Below, piece by piece: positions 29,013-37,207 of a stretch of DNA of 64,000 nucleotides. Each line of letters begins with the position of its first letter. The first letter of the stretch is position 1. The notes under the pieces are model-generated. The model had not been told where the DNA came from, made no database searches, and saw nothing but the letters and a program-made list of their open reading frames with translations. The stretch lies in assembly GCA_913043225.1 (NCBI GenBank), contig CAJWLU010000006.1, forward strand, positions 64,001-128,000, in the 5' to 3' direction. The stretch is from an uncultured Acidobacteriota bacterium. Lineage in GTDB: Bacteria; Acidobacteriota; Vicinamibacteria; Vicinamibacterales; UBA8438. The position numbers and the translations under genes were made by a program.

Positions 29013-31295
29013 CTACTTCAGGGCCTCGAGTCGCGCCGGCACCGATTTGTGCCACGGCGTGCCGACGAAAGGGTCGCGGTCTTCGGCGGCCGTCAACTCG
29101 TTTGGCGCCGCGCCCGCCTGTTGGCGGGTCCCGTCGTCCTGAGGATAGTCGACGCCGAGCCCGTTGGGCAGAGCCAGCTGGCCCACCTGCATCCGGTCCG
29201 AGCTCTCGACCCGCACCTCGACCGTACCCCGTCGGGTCACGAGCCGCGCCACACCGCCGTCGTCGAGGCCAAGTCGGGTCAGATCGTCCGGGTGTACGCG
29301 CAAGGCACCCTCGGCGTCTCGACCACGCCAGGCGGGATTCCGGTTGATCGTGTTGGCTGTGAAGGCACGCCGCTCGCCGGCGGCCAGGACGAACGGGAAG
29401 CCGTCGTCCCGGGACGGCGGCGCTTCCGAATGGAGGCGGTTCAGCTCGACGAGCAGCTCCGGAATCACCGCCTGGATCTTCCCGTCAGGCGTGCCGAGGC
29501 GTTCCCAACTGACCGCGTGGTCGTCGCGGGTAAAGACGAAGCCGGATGGGCTCGTCAGGATGGCCTCGAACAGCGCCTCGCCCAGCGCGAAGGCGTCCTT
29601 CCCCTTGATGCCGGCTCGTCGAATCGAGTCGGGGTACTTCCGGGCGCACTCGTGCGCGAGCGGCCAGAGGAGCGCGGCCGAGTCGAGTCCCTCGGGGAGC
29701 GTCTCGCCCAGCGTGCGGTAGAGCAGCGCCGGCGCCAGCCAGCGCATGTCAGGGCGCTCCGCGGCGGCGCTCTGGAACAGCTCCGCGAACGCGGGACGCC
29801 CGCCGGCCTGCAGCGCGTCTCGCAACCCGGCCACGAGCTCGGTCGGTATCGCATTCATCGCCTCGGCCAGCCGGGCATGGATCTCGGCTTCGGGAAGGAC
29901 TGACTCGGGTGCCGGAAACAGCGGATGGCGCAGATGAAACGAATTGTCGGGCAACTCCGAGGTGAAGAAGGTGGCCTCCGCCTTCTCATACTGGGTGGCG
30001 GTCGGCAGCACGTACTCGGCCTCGCGCGCCGTCTCGGTCATGGCGACGTCGATGACCACGGTGAACTCGAGGGCCCGAAGCGCTTCGCGCATTTTCTGGC
30101 TGTCGGCCAGCGAATGCGCCGGGTTGGCGCTCTCGACAATCATCGCGCGGTAACGGTCCGGGTGGTCGGTGAGAATCTCTTCGGGGATGACGTTGCAGGG
30201 GACCAGACCCGAGATGATTGGTGCCCCGGCCACCGGCGTAGTGCGGGCGGAACGTCCACCGGCCAGCGCACGGATGTGGCTGGGCACGACCTGCGAGCCC
30301 TGCTTCCCGAAGCTGCCGGTCACAATCCAGAGCAGCCGATGCAGATAGCTGACGAGGGTGGAGTGCCGGTTCATCTGCACGCCCAGGTCCTCGAACAACG
30401 CCAGCCGGTCAGCGCCGGCCATCACTCGCGCCGCGCGCCGGACCAGCGCCTTGTCCAGGCCGCAGCGCTGGCAGGCGTCGGCGATGGACACGCGTTCGAG
30501 GGCCGGACGGACCGCATCGAACCCGATGGTGTGCTCGGTAAGCCAGTGCTCGTCGACGAGCCGCTCGTCGAGGATCACCCCCAGCAGCGCCTGGAGCAGC
30601 CAGGCGTCGGTGCCCGGTCGCACGGCCAGGTGGATGTCGGCCAGCTCGGCGGTCTCGGTGCGAACCGGGTCGATCACGATCATCTGGCGCTCGGGGTCGC
30701 GGGCGATCTCCTTGAGCACGGCGCGGGCACGGGCGATGCTGTGTGACTGCCACGGGTTCTTGCCCAGGAACACCGCCACGTCACAGCGCTCGAAGTCGCC
30801 CCGGGCGTGGGCGCCGAACATTTCGTGGCTGACCCAGAACTCGCCGGTCTTCTCCTGAGCCAAGGCGTTCGAGCGATAGCGAACGCCTAGCGCCCCGCGG
30901 GTCGTGGTGGCGTAGCCACCCGGGAAGTGGTTGCCCTGTCCGCCGCCGCCGTAATAGAGAATCGACGTGCCGCTGTGGGTGTCACGCACCGCCTGGAGTC
31001 GGTCGGCCACCTCGCGGATGGCCGTCTCCCAGCCCACCGGCTCGAAATCACCATCGGCGCGGCGCCGCATCGGAGAGAGCAGCCGGTCGCGGTTGTTCTG
31101 GTAGTGGTCGAGCGTGCCCGCCTTCTGACACAGGTACCCCCGTGACGAGGGGTGCGCGCGATCGCCGCGAATGCGCTCGAGCACGCGGCCGTCGTCGCCC
31201 CCGAGCTGCACCTCGACCCCGCAATTACATTCACAGAGGATGCAGGCGGTTGGTTTCCAGTCGCTCACGAGAGGGTCTCCCGGGTCGCGTGACAA
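29013..31295 (-). CDS. Molybdopterin-dependent oxidoreductase with N-terminal [4Fe-4S] motif
   Basis: TACILCECNCG...GD.AHP.SRGYLCQK, RLLSPMRR, VIDPVRTETA, VVIDVAMTETA, YVLP; start may be GTG 31268. Confidence 0.92.
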   Translation of the reverse strand: MSRDPGDPLVSDWKPTACILCECNCGVEVQLGGDDGRVLERIRGDRAHPSSRGYLCQKAGTLDHYQNNRDRLLSPMRRRADGDFEPVGWETAIREVADRLQAVRDTHSGTSILYYGGGGQGNHFPGGYATTTRGALGVRYRSNALAQEKTGEFWVSHEMFGAHARGDFERCDVAVFLGKNPWQSHSIARARAVLKEIARDPERQMIVIDPVRTETAELADIHLAVRPGTDAWLLQALLGVILDERLVDEHWLTEHTIGFDAVRPALERVSIADACQRCGLDKALVRRAARVMAGADRLALFEDLGVQMNRHSTLVSYLHRLLWIVTGSFGKQGSQVVPSHIRALAGGRSARTTPVAGAPIISGLVPCNVIPEEILTDHPDRYRAMIVESANPAHSLADSQKMREALRALEFTVVIDVAMTETAREAEYVLPTATQYEKAEATFFTSELPDNSFHLRHPLFPAPESVLPEAEIHARLAEAMNAIPTELVAGLRDALQAGGRPAFAELFQSAAAERPDMRWLAPALLYRTLGETLPEGLDSAALLWPLAHECARKYPDSIRRAGIKGKDAFALGEALFEAILTSPSGFVFTRDDHAVSWERLGTPDGKIQAVIPELLVELNRLHSEAPPSRDDGFPFVLAAGERRAFTANTINRNPAWRGRDAEGALRVHPDDLTRLGLDDGGVARLVTRRGTVEVRVESSDRMQVGQLALPNGLGVDYPQDDGTRQQAGAAPNELTAAEDRDPFVGTPWHKSVPARLEALK

Positions 31296-31382
31296 AGAGG
31301 CACGCCGGCCGAGAGTATCACCACCCGCCTGATACCATCTCCCAAACGAGATGGCCCGGACGGGCTACAGAAAGGTTGACCC

Positions 31383-33002
31383 ATGGCGAAGGCGCGTTCA
31401 TTGACGGCAGTCACTCTCGGCGGGGCGATCGTGGTCGCCGCATGCGGTTCCGAGCCGGCGTCGGCGCCGGAACTGGTCATTGAGGCAGGACAGGTCACCG
31501 TGGCTCAAGGCCTGGCGGACGGCGTGCCGTCCGACCGGGATCCCAACGTCTGGGTGTATCGTGGACTGCCGTTCGCTGCGCCGCCGGTGGGCGATCTGCG
31601 CTGGCGTCCGCCAGAGCCGTCGTCGGAATGGACCGGGGTCCGCGATGCCTCGGCCGCCGGGGCCTCCTGCATCCAGGTGAACGCCCAGGCGTCGAACGCC
31701 GCGTTCTATGACGCAGGGGTGGAGGAGACGTCCGAAGACTGCTTGTATCTGAACGTCTGGACAGCGGCCTCGTCGGGAGATGCGTTGCCGGTGCTCGTGT
31801 GGATTCATGGGGGTGGTCTGAGGATCGGGAACGGGGCGGACAGTTCCTATGACGGGGCCGCGCTGGCGGGGCGTGGGGCGGTCGTGGTGACCATCAACTA
31901 CCGGATGGGCGCGCTCGGGTATCTGGCGCATCCCTTGCTCAGCGAAGAGTCGGCGCACGGGGCGTCGGGGAACTACGGGGTTCTTGACCAGATCGCTGCG
32001 TTGCGGTGGATTCAGGACAACATCGCGGCGTTCGGGGGGGATCCGAACCGGGTAACCATCTTCGGTGAGTCGGCCGGTGCCTGGAGCGTGAACTACGTGA
32101 CCGCATCGCCGCTGGCGGCGGGCCTGGTGCATGGAGCGATCGGACAGAGCGGAGGCAACTTCGGCCCGGCCGGTTCCATACCGAAGGCGACCGCCGAAGC
32201 GGCTGGGGGGCGTTTCGTCGAGGCGCTCCTCGGAGAGGGCACCGAGGTCACCTTGGCGGCGATGCGGGCCGCGAGCGCGGAGGAGGTGCTGGGTGTGCCG
32301 ATGCCTCTGAGCCGCGCCACGGTTGACGGCTGGGTGTTTCCGGCGTCGATCTACGAGATCTTCGCGGCGGGAAACCAGATGGACATCCCCGTCATTGTCG
32401 GTTCGAACGCTGACGAAGGAACGATGTTCACGCCGCCCGAGGTTGAGCCGGAGGCGTATCGCGCCGGGCTCGGAGGGCAGTTCGGCGATCTTGGCGACGA
32501 GTTTCTTGCAACCTATCCGGCCGGAGACACCGATGAGGCATGGGCGAGCCAGGTCGGGCTCTTCACCGACACGACTTTCGGCTGGGAGATGCGAACCTGG
32601 GCGCGCATGATGGCGACGGTGCCGTCAGACGCCTACCTGTACTTCTTCAGCCGGAAGCCGCCGACCGCCGAAGGCGATCCCTTTGCCCACTACGGGGCGT
32701 ATCACACGGCGGAGATACCGTACGTCTTCGACAATTTCGGGGTGAGCGAGTCGCCGCACGCGGACCGTGCGTGGGACGACACGGACCGCGAGCTATCGAA
32801 TGTGCTGGCGTCCTACTGGGTGAACTTCGCGGCCACCGGGGATCCCAACGGTGAAGGACTCCCCGAGTGGCCTGCGTTCGATGCGAATGCCGACGAGGCG
32901 CTCGAGATCGGCGACACCATCCAGGTCCGCGCCGGCGTCAGGAAGGCGCGTCTCGACCTCGTAGACAAGCACTACGCCGTTTTACGTGCTGCGGCACCCT
33001 GA
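31383..33002 (+). CDS. Type B carboxylesterase (lipoprotein)
   Basis: Lipobox VAAC; GLPFAAPPVGDLRWRPP, SEDCLYLNVW, WIHGGG, GESAG, GAYHTAEI. Confidence 0.93.
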   Translation: MAKARSLTAVTLGGAIVVAACGSEPASAPELVIEAGQVTVAQGLADGVPSDRDPNVWVYRGLPFAAPPVGDLRWRPPEPSSEWTGVRDASAAGASCIQVNAQASNAAFYDAGVEETSEDCLYLNVWTAASSGDALPVLVWIHGGGLRIGNGADSSYDGAALAGRGAVVVTINYRMGALGYLAHPLLSEESAHGASGNYGVLDQIAALRWIQDNIAAFGGDPNRVTIFGESAGAWSVNYVTASPLAAGLVHGAIGQSGGNFGPAGSIPKATAEAAGGRFVEALLGEGTEVTLAAMRAASAEEVLGVPMPLSRATVDGWVFPASIYEIFAAGNQMDIPVIVGSNADEGTMFTPPEVEPEAYRAGLGGQFGDLGDEFLATYPAGDTDEAWASQVGLFTDTTFGWEMRTWARMMATVPSDAYLYFFSRKPPTAEGDPFAHYGAYHTAEIPYVFDNFGVSESPHADRAWDDTDRELSNVLASYWVNFAATGDPNGEGLPEWPAFDANADEALEIGDTIQVRAGVRKARLDLVDKHYAVLRAAAP

Positions 33003-33100
33003 CCCCCGCCTGGCACCGGTCTCCGATGAACGAGCAGGCTAGGAACGCACCGGCCTGCCGGGCGCGCACGGCCAAACCTACAGAGCGAGGTTTGGCTTAA

Positions 33101-33128
33101 GCCAACGCATTGATTCGCTGGCGTTGGC
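33101..33128. terminator. Hairpin between convergent genes, possible terminator
   Basis: GCCAACGC / GCGTTGGC 8-bp stem; no clear T tract. Confidence 0.35.
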
Positions 33129-33159
33129 ACGCCGCGGGGGGGGTGGGCCGAAGCCCCAT

Positions 33160-34110
33160 CTAATCTAGGAGCCCGCTCACGTCGTAGGCGCCGAGCGAGC
33201 TCTGGAACAGGTGCGGCACGATCACGTGCCCGCGCTCGCTGTCGTAGGCGTGGTCGGCAGCCACGCTGTCGCCAAAGTTCATGATCACGCGAACGTCGCC
33301 GGCGCCGCTGACGTGCACGACCTCTCCCGCCATGACGTTGGTCAGGATGTAGCCGCCCTGGCCGTCGAGCTCAATCCCGTCGATGGTGCCGATCGGCTCG
33401 TTCGACAACACCGTCTTCTCGCCGCTGGCGAGATCGAGCGCGAACAGCTGACCTGGCGCGCTGTCGGGAGCGGCCGCCTGCCGCATCGAGCCCACCAGCA
33501 GCCGGTCGCCGTCAACCAGCACACCGTTCGGCGCTTCAACCACGTCGCCTTCGGCGAACACCGAGGCCTCGCCATCGGCGATGGCGTAGATCTTGAGGCC
33601 GTTGCTGTCTGACACGTAGACGGTGCCGTCAGGTCCGGTGGCGACGTCGTTCAGGAACTCGGCGCCTTCGACGGCGATCCGCGAGGTGACCTCAGCGGTT
33701 TCGATGTCGATGCCGATGACCTCATCCAGGTCGGCCACCCAGAGCGTCCCATCGTGCGCTCGAAGGCCCTTGGGGGCATTGAAGCCCGTAGCCCACATGG
33801 CGTCGACGACCTCGCCCTCGGGGGTTAGACGCGCAATATGCCCGTTGCCGTCACGGCCGCCGGGCTCGCCGTCGATTAGCGACACAAAGAGCGCACCGGA
33901 CTCCCCGTGGAGATAGGCGCTTTCTGGCTGGGCCATTCCCTCGTCAAGGAACCACATCGGGGTGGCTGGCGCGGCGGTTAGCGCCTCAGCCTCGGAGGCT
34001 TCAGGCGCGGGAGTCGGCTCGGCTTCCTCCACGGGAGTAGCGGAGCAGGCCAGAGAGAAGGTGGCTAGCAGGGTGAGAGCAGGAAAATGGAGCGTGCGAT
34101 TTCGATTCAT
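33160..34110 (-). CDS. SMP-30/gluconolactonase-like beta-propeller lipoprotein
   Basis: Start MNRNRT; lipobox SLAC; QPESA, GFNAPKG, FLNDVA, VYVSDS, PNGV, IDGIE. Confidence 0.82.
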   Translation of the reverse strand: MNRNRTLHFPALTLLATFSLACSATPVEEAEPTPAPEASEAEALTAAPATPMWFLDEGMAQPESAYLHGESGALFVSLIDGEPGGRDGNGHIARLTPEGEVVDAMWATGFNAPKGLRAHDGTLWVADLDEVIGIDIETAEVTSRIAVEGAEFLNDVATGPDGTVYVSDSNGLKIYAIADGEASVFAEGDVVEAPNGVLVDGDRLLVGSMRQAAAPDSAPGQLFALDLASGEKTVLSNEPIGTIDGIELDGQGGYILTNVMAGEVVHVSGAGDVRVIMNFGDSVAADHAYDSERGHVIVPHLFQSSLGAYDVSGLLD

Positions 34111-34145
34111 TATTGTATTGTAGTGAGACTGAGTCTCAGTCTCAA
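34111..34145 (-). promoter_or_regulatory. Sigma70-type promoter overlapped by a palindromic operator with Fur-box architecture
   Basis: Minus strand TTGAGA-17 nt-TACAAT-6 nt-ATG; perfect 10-1-10 inverted repeat TGAGACTGAG-T-CTCAGTCTCA at 34124-34144. Confidence 0.75.
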
Positions 34146-34147
34146 TA

Positions 34148-35395
34148 TTATAACCCTTTAGGAATCCAGTAATGCGTCGTCCCGGCGTCGACCACCTTGC
34201 GACCGCCGGCGGCGAAGATGGCTTGCTCTGAAACGGCGATGATCCGGTCGATGATCTCGTTGATCGGGGTCTGCACCGGGATCTCGTCCCGGGAGAAGTT
34301 GACGTAGGAGTTGTTGAACGGCGTGTCCCAGGTGCCCGGGCCCAGGTCATGCGTGAACCGGTGCGGGATGGTGGAGCCGCCCTTGAGCACGCCGATGAGA
34401 CCGGCCACCGTCGCTGCCTGGTTGTCGCAGTCGTAGCCGGCGGAGACCGCGATGCCGACGGAGCGCTCGAAGTCGCCCTCGCCGTACAGGATGGCCATGA
34501 TGCCCGTCAGGCCGTTGTTGAGCGAGGACACGACCGAGACCGGCGCCTCGTAATCCCCCTTTGTGTAGCGGTAGTACTTGTCGTGAATCAGCTGGCGGGT
34601 GTCACGCCAGTCCGGATTCTCCTGCCACCAGCGGAGCACGTCGTGCATCCCTTCGGTGAAGGGGCTATCGACGGGGAGCACGTCGAGTGCCATGCGGACC
34701 AGCGCCTCGGTGTCCTGCTCGTAGAACGCCGCGCTGTACATCAGGCCGTAGGCGATGGTCGGGTGCGTGCCCCAGTCGTCGTTGGTGATCCGCGCGCCCC
34801 ACTCGGCCTGTTCAGCCGCCTTGGTCGGCATTGCGGGGTAGAACACGCTCCAGATCTCGTTGACGAGCTGCGGGTCGATCTGAAACCAGTTCTCATTGTT
34901 CTCCTTAGCCCCGGTCGCTGGTGGTACCAGACCTTCGTCCATCAGGGTGCGGGCGGTCCGGTTCGCCACCCAGATGCGGCGGTTGATATGGCGCATCCAG
35001 GCCTGCCCGATCTCCTCGTAGGTGATGTCGAGTCCATGTTCTTCGACCGCATGCAGCGTGACGAACTCGATATCGGTGTCGTCGTCCGACCAAGCGCCGC
35101 CAAACGTCCCGGCGAAAAGGTGCGTGTTCCCCCGCAGGTCGTTCCCGTTGATCTCGAGGTCGCCGCTGTTGGCGGTGGTGTAGTACCGGTCGACGAGGAC
35201 AGGAATCGGTTCCTCGACATACAGGTTCTCGAAAGGGAAACCCAGATAGTTGCCGACGAGCTGGCCGTGCCAGAAGCCTTCGATCTTCTCGCGGAACTCG
35301 TCGGTGGAGATGACGTGGTGGTCGTCCTGTGCGGCGGCGGGTACCGCGGCAAGGAGGCTGGGCAGTAGGACAAGGCCGAGGCAACGGGCGTGCAT
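34148..35395 (-). CDS. ADP-ribosylglycohydrolase family protein with signal peptide
   Basis: AGGAG RBS; GQLVGNYLGFPFE, SDDDTD, AILYGEGDF, GYDCDNQAATVAGLIG. Confidence 0.85.
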   Translation of the reverse strand: MHARCLGLVLLPSLLAAVPAAAQDDHHVISTDEFREKIEGFWHGQLVGNYLGFPFENLYVEEPIPVLVDRYYTTANSGDLEINGNDLRGNTHLFAGTFGGAWSDDDTDIEFVTLHAVEEHGLDITYEEIGQAWMRHINRRIWVANRTARTLMDEGLVPPATGAKENNENWFQIDPQLVNEIWSVFYPAMPTKAAEQAEWGARITNDDWGTHPTIAYGLMYSAAFYEQDTEALVRMALDVLPVDSPFTEGMHDVLRWWQENPDWRDTRQLIHDKYYRYTKGDYEAPVSVVSSLNNGLTGIMAILYGEGDFERSVGIAVSAGYDCDNQAATVAGLIGVLKGGSTIPHRFTHDLGPGTWDTPFNNSYVNFSRDEIPVQTPINEIIDRIIAVSEQAIFAAGGRKVVDAGTTHYWIPKGL

Positions 35396-35455
35396 CTGGG
35401 ACTCCTGCTGATGGTCGAGCAAAACGGTGATTGTATGTCGAACGGGGGGGCGCGG

Positions 35456-36301
35456 TCAGCCGCGGCGGCCCGCCAGGACGCGCAGCACCGTGGCGGCCAG
35501 GATAAGGAAGGAGCCGGCCAGTGACCACGGATCTGGCTGCTCGCCATGGAACAGCCAGGCCCAGAATGCGCTGGCGACCGGTTCCAGCAGCAGGAGCAGC
35601 GACGCCTCGAGCGCTGGCACGCTGCGCATGCCGCGGGTCATCAGGATGTAGGCCACGCCGATCTGGAAGACGCCGAGATACGCCATCAACCCCCAGTCGA
35701 ACCAGTCAGTCTCCGCCACGGGAAATGCAAGCGGGAGGCACAGGATCGCCGCGATCAAATTGCCAGCGACGACAGCCTTGGCTCCGGCCAGGGGTGACGC
35801 AGCGTTTGCGCCCAGCCAGCGGAGTCCGAGGATAGTCAGGGCCCAGCTTAGCCCGGCGACGGCCCCCAGAAGGTTGCCTAGGCGCGGGTCGGTGGCAGTG
35901 GCCGTAGGGGGAGCCGCGCCGACGAAGAACAGCGCCATTCCGGCTGCCATTGCGAGGATGAGCCAGGCGTCCGAGCGCCGGAGCGGCTCCTTCAGAAGCC
36001 AGGGCCCGAAGACCAGCAGATACATCGGCGCCGTCGACTGGAGAAAGATTGTGTTAGCCGCCGTGGTCAGCTTGTTGGCTAGGACGAAGAGGGTGAGCGT
36101 CGAGGCGTAGGCAGCCCCGACGAGGAGCGTGCGTGGCGCCCAGATGCGACGGGCGCCAGAAACGGTCACCCAGAGGAAGGCGGCCGCGATGAGCGACCGG
36201 AAAGCCGTCACCTGCCAGCTGGTCAACGCGGTGGCCTTGATGATTGTTCCTCCTGTGGAGAACAGGAGGGCGGCGACCAGGATGCTCAGGCGAGGCGACA
36301 C
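35456..36301 (-). CDS. DMT/EamA family transporter
   Basis: About ten transmembrane helices in two repeats; TTAANTIFLQSTAP, ASLLLLLEPV. Confidence 0.9.
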   Translation of the reverse strand: MSPRLSILVAALLFSTGGTIIKATALTSWQVTAFRSLIAAAFLWVTVSGARRIWAPRTLLVGAAYASTLTLFVLANKLTTAANTIFLQSTAPMYLLVFGPWLLKEPLRRSDAWLILAMAAGMALFFVGAAPPTATATDPRLGNLLGAVAGLSWALTILGLRWLGANAASPLAGAKAVVAGNLIAAILCLPLAFPVAETDWFDWGLMAYLGVFQIGVAYILMTRGMRSVPALEASLLLLLEPVASAFWAWLFHGEQPDPWSLAGSFLILAATVLRVLAGRRG

Positions 36302-36343
36302 GTGCGTATAATCGCCTGAAACGGTAATCGAGACGGAGGGGCT

Positions 36344-36844
36344 GTGACCGAGAAGCAGGCGATGATCGGAGCCGTGGTGGGAGTCGCCCTGGTGGGTGGC
36401 ATCGGGGGGTGGATGTTCACCGCCCCGTATCTCGGTAATACCGGACTCTCGCGGACGCCGGGTGTAATCATCGGGGGGACTGAGACGCCGGCTCCTGACG
36501 ACTTCACTCCGCTCAACGATCTAGAGGGGCCGGTCATGATGAAGCTGGCTGGCTTTCCCCCCTTCGTCGTCTACCTGTCTTACGTCGGCACCCCGGAGAT
36601 GGTGATCACGGCGACTCGTCCCGACGGTGGCTACTGGGCTGAGCGGGTGCGTACGGGCAGCGGCGACGGCTGGCTGCGTTTCGCCGGCGAAACCTATCCG
36701 ATGCGGGCCACGGAGGTTATCGGCGACGCCCGGATCCCCTATCTTGAACAGTGGTCCGGTCGTTCCGGGATGCCTATGGACACACCGGTGGGCGGCCCGG
36801 ATCCGCTCCGCGACTGGGAAGTCTTCCTGTGGCGAGCGCGCTAA
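36344..36844 (+). CDS. Hypothetical membrane-anchored protein, possibly split-barrel fold
   Basis: GGAGG RBS before GTG; one N-terminal transmembrane helix; coding-like composition. Confidence 0.65.
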   Translation: MTEKQAMIGAVVGVALVGGIGGWMFTAPYLGNTGLSRTPGVIIGGTETPAPDDFTPLNDLEGPVMMKLAGFPPFVVYLSYVGTPEMVITATRPDGGYWAERVRTGSGDGWLRFAGETYPMRATEVIGDARIPYLEQWSGRSGMPMDTPVGGPDPLRDWEVFLWRAR

Positions 36845-36866
36845 CGCTTTCGGAGGCCTGCTCAAA

Positions 36867-36947
36867 CTAGTGCTGGCGTGCCTCTGCCCGAACTCTAGCC
36901 AGGCTGCTGTAGAGGCCGTAATTCCCCTCGTCGTACGCATACTCGAA
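36867..36947 (-). pseudogene. Degraded C-terminal remnant of a YACHEGN-family gene
   Basis: Reads FEYAYDEGNYGLYSSLARVRAEARQH*, aligning without gaps to FEYACHEGNYGLYNILAGAQAEARQQ* of the gene ending at 39475. Confidence 0.8.
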
Positions 36948-37207
36948 GGTCGCGCGCCAACGATGTGCGCCCGTCTACACCTGTAGACACGTCCATCAAC
37001 GACTGTGGGTGTAGGCCCATATTGGCTGAGGCGTCCTGGTAGCTTTTCGTCCAGGTGTGATCTTGCGTGGTCTGTTGTGATCCTCGGATGGGCACTCCGA
37101 CTGGTACCTCCCGCAAGAATGGCACGGGTGCGCTCGTTGCAGTGTGCCTAAAGAATCCCCGTGGTTTGGGTCTGGCCCGCATGGCGTGGTCGCGGTCACG
37201 CCGGCTG

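Noticed and set aside
29013..31295. Formate dehydrogenase, nitrate reductase or selenoprotein assignment for the molybdoenzyme
   Set aside because: No in-frame TGA, Tat signal or partner subunits; only a family-level call is supportable
36948..37200. Possible degraded PQQ-repeat fragment (GPTPTVVDGRVY on the minus strand)
   Set aside because: One short motif only; too weak without a search
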